Assembly: GCA_031429555.1 (NCBI GenBank)
Contig: JANOZQ010000306.1
Coordinates: forward strand, 1 to 50,652
From: Sphingomonas sp.
GTDB lineage: Bacteria > Pseudomonadota > Alphaproteobacteria > Sphingomonadales > Sphingomonadaceae
Direction: 5' to 3'
DNA length: 50,652 nt
Both the position numbers and the translations under genes were made by a program. Positions 39,895-48,702 of the stretch are shown one piece after another. Below the pieces are notes generated by a model. It saw only the letters and a list, made by a program, of their open reading frames with translations, was not told where the DNA came from and made no database searches. Position 1 is the stretch's first letter. The number at the start of each line of letters is the position of its first letter.

Positions 39895-41277
39895 ATGTTC
39901 CGCGACCTTCAAGCCATGAGCATCGTTCCGACGCGCATTCGCGGAGGCATGACCGATTATCAACGCTTCTCGCGGCGCTTTCCCGAGTTCGTGACTGAAA
40001 TGATCGAAGAACGTGGCCGTTACGATGCGAAGTTGTCCCGCTTGCAACTGGTGTCAGGCAGACCACGGCACAATTTGGTCCGCAAACTCTTAGCCGACCG
40101 ACGCCTTCACCGCATTTTTGCGTTCGACGCTGTCAAGCGCACAGGCGGCTTGTGGGTCGGAACGCCCAGCGACATCGAAACCCTCGCTGAACAATTCGAT
40201 GCCTTCAATTCCTTTCACACCGAACCTGTCAGATTGCGAACTGTGTCCAAAGGAAGTGGACGCCGCGACGTGCAGGAGTTCGGACCAAGACGGAGAATGC
40301 AGCAGGCACTGGTCGCGCGACTTCTTCGTCACCTTCATCCTCCTCGTGCCAGCCAAAAGCTGTTCAACGGGGGGATGCCGATGGCCCGCAAGGCCATTGA
40401 AGACGCAGTGCGGAGCGGCAACTTGTTCGGCGTGGAGGTCGATTTTGTCGGCTTCTATGGCAGCTTGTGCAGCGAAGCCCTGCCTCAGCTACTGCGGCCG
40501 TTACCGACGTCTGTCGTCGATGCCGTGGTATGGGACGATGCTGCACGTGCCCCCACACGGTCACGCGATGCAGTCCGCCTCGAACCTCCCTCCAGCTCCT
40601 ACGAAGGGCTTTCGCTGGGTTCCGCTTGTTCTCCTATCGTTGGTGAAATCGTCATATCCGCCTTGCTGGCAGCCGCGCAGCTTGAGGATGTTGTGACCTT
40701 CGCCGACAATCTTTTCGTCTTCGGACGAACGGAGGAGGACGTGAGCGCGAAGATACAGGCCCTGCGGAACGTAATGAGAAATCACGCTTTCGGGGAGCTG
40801 GAGCTGAGGGTGTCGAGAGATCGAGGCTTCAATCTAAGTTTCGATTTCGAATTTGCCAAGCAAGCAGGCGTCCTTCGTGACGGACGCATTTACTGGGCAC
40901 CGGGCTCCCAGAAGATCACGCAATTTATGAGTTCCGACGCACAGTTCCTTACCTTCCCTGAAATCTCAAAAATCGAGCGACGGGTGGTGCATTGGCGACG
41001 TGCTTATCCCGACTGGGATGGTGGCGACGCCTTTGAGGCTGAATACTTGGCTGCTCTCGCCGTGAGGCGGTTCTACCTTGCCCGTCACCCGATGCATCTT
41101 TCAGGAGCGATCAGTGCTGTTCTGCGCGCCTATTATGAACGCTGCGTCATTGAGGCTAGTTTTCCGGGCGGATTGCACTTTTTCATTCCACAGGAGGGCG
41201 ATCCCCTCGGCGACGGCTATCTCCGGCTCACTACAGCGTTGGAGCGATTTGTTCGGCAAAACCAAGAAGCCGCTTAA
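39895..41277 (+). CDS. reverse-transcriptase-like protein with non-canonical motifs (FADN)
   Basis: RT motifs in order: PVRLRTVSKGSGRR (RT1), RRMQQALVARLL (RT2), VEVDFVGFYGSL (RT3), GLSLGSACSPIVGE (RT4), TFADNLFVFG (RT5, nt 40699-40710), FEF (RT7); then a helical C-terminal region. Confidence 0.8.
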   Translation: MFRDLQAMSIVPTRIRGGMTDYQRFSRRFPEFVTEMIEERGRYDAKLSRLQLVSGRPRHNLVRKLLADRRLHRIFAFDAVKRTGGLWVGTPSDIETLAEQFDAFNSFHTEPVRLRTVSKGSGRRDVQEFGPRRRMQQALVARLLRHLHPPRASQKLFNGGMPMARKAIEDAVRSGNLFGVEVDFVGFYGSLCSEALPQLLRPLPTSVVDAVVWDDAARAPTRSRDAVRLEPPSSSYEGLSLGSACSPIVGEIVISALLAAAQLEDVVTFADNLFVFGRTEEDVSAKIQALRNVMRNHAFGELELRVSRDRGFNLSFDFEFAKQAGVLRDGRIYWAPGSQKITQFMSSDAQFLTFPEISKIERRVVHWRRAYPDWDGGDAFEAEYLAALAVRRFYLARHPMHLSGAISAVLRAYYERCVIEASFPGGLHFFIPQEGDPLGDGYLRLTTALERFVRQNQEAA

Positions 41278-41430
41278 TTCAAAATGGCACTAGCTGTTTG
41301 GCCTGCTCCAGCGCATGTGGGGCAAAGACGGGGTCCAAAACGGCCGGAACTGGGTGGAAAGCGGTCCGTCCGCTATCCTTATGTCATATGAGCAAGCTGC
41401 CGTTCGTGATGGCGGAAAATAGGTGCGCTA

Positions 41431-42387
41431 TCATTTCCGGAATGCGGTAAATGTCACGTCGCCGCCGTAAACGTCACCCGAATAGCCGGGCACTTCAACA
41501 ACAACCTTTTTGAACCATGCAGCTTTAACGTAGTCCACTTCGGGATGAGCGGCCTTCAGGCCGCGATACACGGGATCGGTCATCAAAATTGGTTTCGTAG
41601 CGTCTTTCGTGACAAACCATTCCGACGACATGAAATGAGTTCGATAGGCATTGTTCGAATGCCGTAGTCCAGTAAGCAACGTATGATTTACGTCTTTGAC
41701 AAAGTTGTGCGGCCACTCGTCCCGCCAATTTAATTTGTCAGAATAGGGGCTATCGTAGCCAACACAGACTTTGTCCAGCGTCATTCCTTCCGATGGCTTA
41801 TTAGCAATGTCGGTCAACTTTGATGCGACGTTTGCCGGACGACCAAGCCATACAAGGTTCTTATAGTTGTGCTGCTCGACGCCGCGTCGCCTGAAGCCTG
41901 TCTTAGTAACAAGCATTTTTCCGGTATCGATGCCGATGCCACACTTAACTTCGTTACGAGTGAAGTGCTTATTGATAACATATTGCGCCGTAGAGTTCAT
42001 TAGGATTGCACAATCGACGGCCTTCCGAAAACAGTCGTTGCAATCGAATATGACCATTACACGGTCGCCAATAATGCCGCGCACATGGCCACCGTAATGG
42101 CGCGCGCACTTCGTCATGGCGCGGACGAACGCCGAATACAGCTTCGCAACCGTTTGCGGTTTGTGGGTAATGCTAAGTTCGGTCGAACGCCGAATGTCGA
42201 TATAAAGAACGCACGTATCTATCAACTTACACGCTTGTGTCTTCGCGTCCAGATTAGGGAATGTGATGGCGCCGTCGCTGGAATGCGGCACGGTAGTGGT
42301 CTTCGTCGCCGTGACAGCGAAATCATTCGCAAGAATGGTCCCGACTTCATCGGACAGTTCGACGCGCAAATCTGGCAAGGTCGTCAT
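41431..42387 (-). CDS. pycC: Pycsar nucleotide cyclase (class III cyclase)
   Basis: VLYIDIRRST, VRGIIGDRVMVIF, CGIGIDTG, LVWLGRPANVASKL; ATGA-coupled to the TM effector. Confidence 0.85.
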   Translation of the reverse strand: MTTLPDLRVELSDEVGTILANDFAVTATKTTTVPHSSDGAITFPNLDAKTQACKLIDTCVLYIDIRRSTELSITHKPQTVAKLYSAFVRAMTKCARHYGGHVRGIIGDRVMVIFDCNDCFRKAVDCAILMNSTAQYVINKHFTRNEVKCGIGIDTGKMLVTKTGFRRRGVEQHNYKNLVWLGRPANVASKLTDIANKPSEGMTLDKVCVGYDSPYSDKLNWRDEWPHNFVKDVNHTLLTGLRHSNNAYRTHFMSSEWFVTKDATKPILMTDPVYRGLKAAHPEVDYVKAAWFKKVVVEVPGYSGDVYGGDVTFTAFRK

Positions 42388-42953
42388 CGGCTGATCCAAC
42401 ACCCTATCGTATTCAGTATCGCCCCCACTGTGGGCACGGAAAACAGCGCAATCGCTATCAGCGCCGCGACCGCGCCCACGTTGAACATGCGATGCTTGCG
42501 CCGCGTGATTTTGCTGTTGATCGAAATTTGCGCTTCAAGGTCGCTCAAATAGGCGTCGGTCGGTGCGTCGCCCGTTTGAAGGTAGGCCGCACGAACATCG
42601 TTCTTGAACCCGTCAACGGTTATGTCGGCTATATCGCCGAAGAACAGCAGGTTTTGAAAGTCACCTTTTGGGTCGCCTGTGAACGTCGAAGTTTGAAGTT
42701 TGGGTAGCAGCGACGCTATCGCGATGGTCGCCGCAACGATGAACAAAGGCAGCGCCGCAAGGGTGACGTAGTGATAGCCGGATGGGATCGACTTGCCCGA
42801 CGAAAGAAGGTTCACAATGCCGACGATCCACGCGGACGCGAACGCCAGTAGCGCGGCGTTCTTCGCTTCGGCAAACCGCAGCATGTCCAACACGCGCGCC
42901 AACAGCGCAACCAACAGTTTGTCGTAGGCTTCGTCGTGATTTGTCGTTCCCAT
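42384..42953 (-). CDS. pycTM: Pycsar transmembrane effector
   Basis: LRFAEAKNAALLA, TM helices, P, NLLFFGDIA, DL..QI.INS.I..RKH..F, final TM. Confidence 0.85.
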   Translation of the reverse strand: MGTTNHDEAYDKLLVALLARVLDMLRFAEAKNAALLAFASAWIVGIVNLLSSGKSIPSGYHYVTLAALPLFIVAATIAIASLLPKLQTSTFTGDPKGDFQNLLFFGDIADITVDGFKNDVRAAYLQTGDAPTDAYLSDLEAQISINSKITRRKHRMFNVGAVAALIAIALFSVPTVGAILNTIGCWISR

Positions 42954-43017
42954 ATTGTTCGCATCGTAGCCAATGAACGGCGACGAAACAATCGTGGGAC
43001 AAACTAACGAACCAAGA

Positions 43018-43410
43018 TTAGGGTGCGCCATCCGCATAGGTCTCGCTCAACGGTCGCCATTGGCTGGTCGGGTCCATCGTCAATCGCTCAAACCATTGCG
43101 TGCCGTCGCCAAAGCGCCGGATCAGCCCTAGCCAGCGTTTTGGGCGATCAAAGCGTCCGTGAAGTGCACCATGACACCACCGGCAAATCTGGTGTGCAGT
43201 CAGCGGTGTGTCGTAAGTTTCATTATGATATCCGAGACGGTTGGAATGCGCGGGGTCGGGATGGGCGGTAAAGCCGCAAATTGTGCATCGGGTGGGTTTG
43301 AGCATAAGTCCCGTTTTCATTGCAACCCGTTGCAAGGGTATCGATGCGCGGCGTTCTTCGGGCGAGAAACCGTTATACCAGCCCATCGAAAATTGCGGCT
43401 TGTCGGTCAT
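43018..43410 (-). CDS. HNH-like Zn-binding hypothetical protein
   Basis: CTICG...YHNETY...ICRWCHGALH. Confidence 0.6.
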   Translation of the reverse strand: MTDKPQFSMGWYNGFSPEERRASIPLQRVAMKTGLMLKPTRCTICGFTAHPDPAHSNRLGYHNETYDTPLTAHQICRWCHGALHGRFDRPKRWLGLIRRFGDGTQWFERLTMDPTSQWRPLSETYADGAP

Positions 43411-43604
43411 GCCCCACTTCCTCGCAGCGAGCGTTCGATGGCGTTGGCTATACGAACGATACGGCCAATGCCTTGGCGCGCGGGCGCTAACAACGCCGCC
43501 TGCATGTCGGGCGAATTGCCCTTCGCCTGACCATCAACAACAACTGCGTGCAGGTCTTCGAGAGCCGCCGTCAAATCGGCGAACAGGCGTTGCGACGATT
43601 TCAT
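43407..43604 (-). CDS. small hypothetical protein
   Basis: ATGA overlaps at both ends (resolvase and HNH-like gene). Confidence 0.6.
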   Translation of the reverse strand: MKSSQRLFADLTAALEDLHAVVVDGQAKGNSPDMQAALLAPARQGIGRIVRIANAIERSLRGSGA

Positions 43605-44167
43605 ACCGGCAATCCTTCCGCCAGCAGGCGGTATACAGACGCTCGGGACACTCCCAGCCTAGTCGCGATGGCCGAGGCCCCTAACCCCTCTGAACGCAAG
43701 GCGCGCATCTGTTCGGCCTTCGCACGCGCCGTTGGCGCGCGACCGCGATATCGGCCTTCGGCCTTGGCCTTTGCTATCCCGGCCTTCTGCCTCTCCAGCA
43801 TCAACATCCGCTCGCATTCGGCGACAGCCCCCAGCACGGTAAGTAGCAGTCGACCCGTCGCAGATCGCGTATCGACGACGCCCCCGCCAAAATCCAATAT
43901 CCGGAGCGCAACGCTTTTAGCATCGAGCGTAGATACAATGGAAAGAAGATCAGCAGTTGATCGCGCCAGCCGGTCCAAGCGCGTCACCACCAAGCTGTCA
44001 CCCTCCCGGACAAAATCGAGCGCTGCTACGAGTTGCGGGCGGTCCATGACGGACGACACCATCTCCTCGAAAATCTTCTCGCATCCGACGGAACGAGCCA
44101 GATTTTTTTGGTCAATCGCGCCAGCTATTTGATCGGTTGTCGACACGCGGCAATATCCGACAAGCAT
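43601..44167 (-). CDS. serine recombinase (resolvase/invertase)
   Basis: VGYCRVST.DQ, GDSLVVTRLDRLARS, ERQKAGI..AK..G.Y.GR, C-terminal HTH. Confidence 0.93.
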   Translation of the reverse strand: MLVGYCRVSTTDQIAGAIDQKNLARSVGCEKIFEEMVSSVMDRPQLVAALDFVREGDSLVVTRLDRLARSTADLLSIVSTLDAKSVALRILDFGGGVVDTRSATGRLLLTVLGAVAECERMLMLERQKAGIAKAKAEGRYRGRAPTARAKAEQMRALRSEGLGASAIATRLGVSRASVYRLLAEGLPV

Positions 44168-44297
44168 CTCTAATCCCTTGGTAATTTCGTTCGACTAAGT
44201 CTAGGGGAGTGGTGCCCACAGCAAAGGGAAATCGCAGTATTTATATCTCAAAATACCATCTTATTGCATTCCGGGGCACACGACCGCTTTCCTACAT

Positions 44298-44312
44298 GTT
44301 CCAAATATGTTC
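44298..44312 (+). promoter_or_regulatory. alphaproteobacterial LexA box GTTC-N7-GTTC
   Basis: GTTC CAAATAT GTTC, 10 nt before ATG 44323, upstream of the SRAP gene. Confidence 0.8.
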
Positions 44313-44322
44313 TACATCGAGA

Positions 44323-44556
44323 ATGCCAAACGAAATGCCAGTGTCCGTCGATGACCTACGCCTGTTCCTAAGCGTCCGCCTCACCGTAGCTCCCCGGCAT
44401 TGGTTTCACGATCTATGGAAGCCTCGGACGCCCGCGACCGACCGCGATAAGGTGCGGGATCAACTTGTTGATTTCATCACCCAAGGTTGGGTGGCTTACA
44501 GGATTACGGCTGTGGAATATTCAGTGTTTGATGCGTCAAAGGACAAAAGCCTGTGA
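44323..44556 (+). CDS. small hypothetical protein (SOS-box controlled)
   Basis: MPNEMPVSVDDLRLFLSVRL..., directly after the LexA box. Confidence 0.6.
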   Translation: MPNEMPVSVDDLRLFLSVRLTVAPRHWFHDLWKPRTPATDRDKVRDQLVDFITQGWVAYRITAVEYSVFDASKDKSL

Positions 44557-44678
44557 AACGCCCCAAGCTGATTGAACTAGAATTTGCCATGCTGCTCTTC
44601 TTGATCGGTGGCGCGTTCGTCCACGGGATTTTGATGGGGCTCTTTAGCTTGGGCAAGAGCGCAGCGTCGCTTGGTTGA
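44553..44678 (+). CDS. 41-aa hydrophobic peptide
   Basis: Below the ORF-track cutoff; GTGA overlap; MKRPKLIELEFAMLLFLIGGAFVHGILMGLFSLGKSAASLG. Confidence 0.45.
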   Translation: MKRPKLIELEFAMLLFLIGGAFVHGILMGLFSLGKSAASLG

Positions 44679-44708
44679 CACCGGCAATGCGGTTGCCAAG
44701 GTGCGCAA

Positions 44709-45302
44709 ATGTGCAATCACTATAAAAATAGTCCGGAGGCGATCAGCAGTTGGGCCGAATACGCTGGTTTTCGTAAACTTGAAAATGACGTCGCGGCATC
44801 GGACGTCTGGCCAAAACGGCTTGCAACGGTTGCAAGGATTGAAAGCGGCGAGAAGACGCTCGACACCATGATCTGGGGCGTGCCGCGCACTATGCCCGGA
44901 AAGCGACCGGGGACGAAAGTCACAAAGCAAATCACAAACGTGCGTAATCTGACTAGCCCATTCTGGAAATCTATGCTGGCCAATCCTGAGCGGCGCTGCC
45001 TCGTTCCGTTCACAGCCTTTGCAGAGCCAAAGATTGGCGCTGGACGCGAGGAACACTGGTTTTCGATCAAAGGCGAGCCGGTATCGGCATTTGCGGGCAT
45101 CTGGCGGCCGTCCGAAGCTGGCAACGTCTTTGCTTTCCTGACTTGCGAGCCCAATCCGCTCGTTGCGCCGCTGCATCCCAAAGCAATGCCGGTGATCCTT
45201 CAACCGGAAGACTACCAACAGTGGCTGTCGGCGGATTATCATGAGGTCTGTTCAATGGTAGCCCCCTTCCCGTCGCAGTTGATGACAGTGGAGGTCGTGT
45301 AG
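44709..45302 (+). CDS. SRAP/YedK-family SOS-response-associated protein
   Basis: N-terminal MCN (Cys2), TNVRN, RCLVP..F.E, FAGIW, LT..PN.LV.P.H.KAMPVIL. Confidence 0.92.
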   Translation: MCNHYKNSPEAISSWAEYAGFRKLENDVAASDVWPKRLATVARIESGEKTLDTMIWGVPRTMPGKRPGTKVTKQITNVRNLTSPFWKSMLANPERRCLVPFTAFAEPKIGAGREEHWFSIKGEPVSAFAGIWRPSEAGNVFAFLTCEPNPLVAPLHPKAMPVILQPEDYQQWLSADYHEVCSMVAPFPSQLMTVEVV

Positions 45303-45395
45303 ATTTCCGATACACCTTGCATTTAATGGGACCATAGTGGTTGTTCGGTCGGTCACGCCTCATTATGCAGGGCCATCTAGCTGCGGGGCGGAAAC

Positions 45396-45839
45396 ATGAG
45401 TGACGAGTTCTTTGAAAAAATTGATGCTACGTTGGGCAAGCAAAAAAGCAAAAAAGCGAACGTCGATAATTTGGGGGATGCCAATCGGCGTTTTGTTATT
45501 TCCGTAATACCTCGGTTGGCGAAAATTGCGGAGGATTACGCATCTAAATGTGATGCGCGGGGAATGGTGGCCCGCGTAAGTCAAAACGAACGATCAATCA
45601 CGTTTTCGCTTAAATACAAGGACGGTCAAGAGCGATATGTAACGGGGCGTTGTCATAGCGAAATGAATGATAAGCTGGGGTTCGAGGAACATTTCCCCGA
45701 TAATGACGGGAAGCGCTATAAATCATCGCCAATGGCTTGGTATGATGAAAGTAGTTGGTCTGACGACCGTTTTAAAGGCGTTCTTGAAAAAACTATTGAG
45801 GATTTTGTGATCTACGCGGAAAGGTTCGGCGGGGTGTAA
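45396..45839 (+). CDS. hypothetical protein
   Basis: AT-richer 147-aa ORF; no family recognised. Confidence 0.65.
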   Translation: MSDEFFEKIDATLGKQKSKKANVDNLGDANRRFVISVIPRLAKIAEDYASKCDARGMVARVSQNERSITFSLKYKDGQERYVTGRCHSEMNDKLGFEEHFPDNDGKRYKSSPMAWYDESSWSDDRFKGVLEKTIEDFVIYAERFGGV

Positions 45840-46059
45840 TTCGTTTGCAACGTGCTTCAAGGTCGGATTGTTCACATGCTGTGAATTTCTGAACGCTCAT
45901 CCTCCGAAGATCTAGAACCTGCAATAATGTGTCTCATTGGGCGCAACTGGATTGTTGCGAAACTAAAAGTCCGCCAATCGCTTTGTCTTCCTAGGGGAAG
46001 GTCTAATAATGCAGCCGGACGGGATTAGCAGGAAGTTGTAAAAAGCGTCTCGCTACTAC

Positions 46060-47043
46060 TCATAAGCGAAATCCATCGCAGAAGTGCCGCGCAAGGAACA
46101 GCAACCACTCAATCTGGCTCTCTTGAATAATTGCGACGTTGAAGGTCGACGGCAAGCCCGATGTATCTAGTATCTCTGCAAGGTCCGAGATCGCGTACGT
46201 TGGCATCTCACCACGTGGGCCAGTCGCGGCCACGCAAGATCGGATCAACGCAATGCACAGTTCAATCCACGCGGTGTCTCCGCCAAGATACGTCCACCAA
46301 TCAATCCCGATCCGCACGGTGGCGGACACGTTCAGACCGTCTTGTTCGTAGCCAATAGACCACCCGCCCTTGTGCGACTGATGCACGACGACGCTTGTGG
46401 GTAGCACTTCTGCGATACTACGCAAAATGTGCCAATCCTTTTTGTTGGAGAGGCGTTTTGTTCCATACAAAACGCCGTAGGTGAATTCGACCTTATTCAC
46501 GCCGTGATTGGCCGCCCACGCACTTACGTGTTTGGCGACATCTTGACCGATGTTTTGGGCCATCTCATCATTCAAGCATCGGGGGCCACTTTTCAGTGTA
46601 ACTCCAAGGAAGTCTTGCGCTTCCGACTTACGTCCGTCGAGAAGGCTCTCCACGCTGTGCATTTGGCTTGGCACGACCTCCCAGCCATAAACCGGAAGAA
46701 CAACCTCCTCCACCATCCGTCCCGCTGACGTTTCCATCGAAGAAAAAACTTTGGCCGGAATGATGTCGTCTTCGATCTCGGAAACGCGTGTATACCCGCG
46801 CTTCTTTGAATAAAACATCAGCACGAAGGGACTGGTGTTGAACTTCTGGAACTTTGCCTCGGCTGTCGGAAGCCCTAAAAGGTGCGTCTCAATTTTTCTA
46901 CGAAAGCCAGTCTCCATCGCAAGCACGCGAGCACGTGCGTCCGCATCGGCGTCAATCCGCGCCAAAATAGCGTAGATCGATTGCTTTGAGATCAACAGCG
47001 GCTGCGCCGGAGGGGGAAGGTCTACGTGTCCTCTTGCCATCAC
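46060..47043 (-). CDS. type II restriction endonuclease (EcoO109I/PmeII-like PD-(D/E)xK)
   Basis: SSMETSAG..VEE...LLDG...TLKSGP..LN; overlaps the C5 methylase stop. Confidence 0.75.
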   Translation of the reverse strand: MMARGHVDLPPPAQPLLISKQSIYAILARIDADADARARVLAMETGFRRKIETHLLGLPTAEAKFQKFNTSPFVLMFYSKKRGYTRVSEIEDDIIPAKVFSSMETSAGRMVEEVVLPVYGWEVVPSQMHSVESLLDGRKSEAQDFLGVTLKSGPRCLNDEMAQNIGQDVAKHVSAWAANHGVNKVEFTYGVLYGTKRLSNKKDWHILRSIAEVLPTSVVVHQSHKGGWSIGYEQDGLNVSATVRIGIDWWTYLGGDTAWIELCIALIRSCVAATGPRGEMPTYAISDLAEILDTSGLPSTFNVAIIQESQIEWLLFLARHFCDGFRL

Positions 47044-48392
47044 TTTACCGCCATCTTTTTGACCTGCCGAACTTTTATTGCAGTGGCATATGTAGATGTT
47101 TGAAGGTCTGCGCCATCATCCCAGACGAAAGTTTCTCCGCCCTTGAACCACTGACGCGTTCGGACGTGAGATTGAATGTAGACCGTCCTGAAATGCGCTG
47201 GCGGCCTCGGGTAGGCTTGGCACTTACGCTCAGCGAGAGCATCGAGACTACGGCTAATCACTTCACCCGCCACGACGCCAAGCCGAACAGGAACTGCGTT
47301 GCCAACCTGTGCATACTGCTGCGAAGCCGTCCCGCAGAACTGCCACCCTTCCGGAAACTCTTGGATAGCTGCGTATTCCTTGAGGCTCAAGGCCCGCACT
47401 TCTCTTGGGTGACACAGCGAAGTGCTTGCGTGATTGGGCATCGTGACGAGGGTTGGGCAGGGAAGGTCAAATGATAAACGACGCCACCACCCAGAGCGGC
47501 CTCCCTTCGCGTGCCATGCCTTACCCATCGACAACTGTTGATCTGCCACATCGAGACTTCGCCAGTTCGATCCGGGCTTGATCTTCTCTAAAAATGACTT
47601 TTTCCTCGGGGAGAAATCCATGATAACTTCACCGGGATCGTTCATTCTACCAATAGCATCCCCGAGCGTCGCCCAAGGCTTCATGTCGTGCGGCAGGGCA
47701 AAAAGGTCCGCGACCTTCGGGGTAGAACGGTCAGGATTGCCATGTGTGGGATCAGGAAAGTCTATCTGCGCATTGAAGCGATTGCCGACGAATAACGCTC
47801 GCTCACGGAGTTGCGGAGCGCCATAATTGACTGCGTTCACCTCAAAGCAATCCATGTGGTAGCCAGAACCGATCTTTTGAAGGTCGTCCGCAAAAAGCCG
47901 CACAACTGACCCAGGCTGCTCTGCCTCACCAAGAGGCATCCCTCCCTTGTCCGGGCGCTCGGAGATGGGTCGGTGGCGCGTGGCTGATGACAACAATCCC
48001 CGGACGTTTTCCATGAGGAAAAAGCGCGGCTGGATTACTTCGACAAACCGTAGAAACTCCCAGAGTAGAGTGCCCCGACTGTCTTGTGTTGCTCCCCGCC
48101 GACCTGCTGTGCTGAACGATTGGCACGGTGGACCGCCCACAAGTAAGTCGAGTTCGCCCGGTTCCAATCCTACTGACTGGAGCAGTTCGAGTGGATCGAC
48201 ATTGCGGATGTCCGCCTCCACCACGATCATGCTAGCGTCGAGGAGGCCCGCCGCCTGATTTGCGCGGATGGAGGCGCAGAACGAACGCTCTTTTTCGACG
48301 GCCGCTAAAATTTTGAACCGCCCGGTCGCTTCAAGCCCCGCGTCGAGGCCCATCGCACCGGAGAACAAGGAGATAGTTGTATACCGCTTCAT
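47040..48392 (-). CDS. DNA (cytosine-5) methyltransferase
   Basis: LFSGAMG (I), GGPPCQSFS (IV), ENV (VI), PQLRER (VIII), QVGNAVP (X). Confidence 0.95.
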   Translation of the reverse strand: MKRYTTISLFSGAMGLDAGLEATGRFKILAAVEKERSFCASIRANQAAGLLDASMIVVEADIRNVDPLELLQSVGLEPGELDLLVGGPPCQSFSTAGRRGATQDSRGTLLWEFLRFVEVIQPRFFLMENVRGLLSSATRHRPISERPDKGGMPLGEAEQPGSVVRLFADDLQKIGSGYHMDCFEVNAVNYGAPQLRERALFVGNRFNAQIDFPDPTHGNPDRSTPKVADLFALPHDMKPWATLGDAIGRMNDPGEVIMDFSPRKKSFLEKIKPGSNWRSLDVADQQLSMGKAWHAKGGRSGWWRRLSFDLPCPTLVTMPNHASTSLCHPREVRALSLKEYAAIQEFPEGWQFCGTASQQYAQVGNAVPVRLGVVAGEVISRSLDALAERKCQAYPRPPAHFRTVYIQSHVRTRQWFKGGETFVWDDGADLQTSTYATAIKVRQVKKMAVK

Positions 48393-48702
48393 GGACCTGT
48401 GCTTTGTTTGGTGACAAGCGGCCTAATCCGGATCGTGAACCAAAGCCACCTCTGGGCACGCTACGCGTTGTTCGCCTATACACAACGTAAGACCCATTGT
48501 GTGTTTTGTTGCGTCGGTCCAATGCCTCGTTGCGCGCTTCGCTGTCACATTTACAACGGGTTGCAGTGCGAAAGCGCCTTTCAGCTGACGGTGTGGCGTC
48601 AAGACATTGAAATGTTAGAGGATAAAAAAGGCCGCCAATTAACAGCAGAAACGTTACAAAACCGCCAAATCCGTCAGCTAGGGACAGCCGATGCTGATTG
48701 GG

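Noticed and set aside
39895-41277. RT as a retron, group II intron, CRISPR-RT or DGR component
   Set aside because: No NAxxH/VTG motifs, no space for msr-msd or an intron RNA with domain V, no cas genes or array, and no TR/VR pair with adenine-specific mismatches seen in the window.
41410-41416. TGGCGGA as a third att copy
   Set aside because: Only a 7-bp match to the att core; expected by chance.
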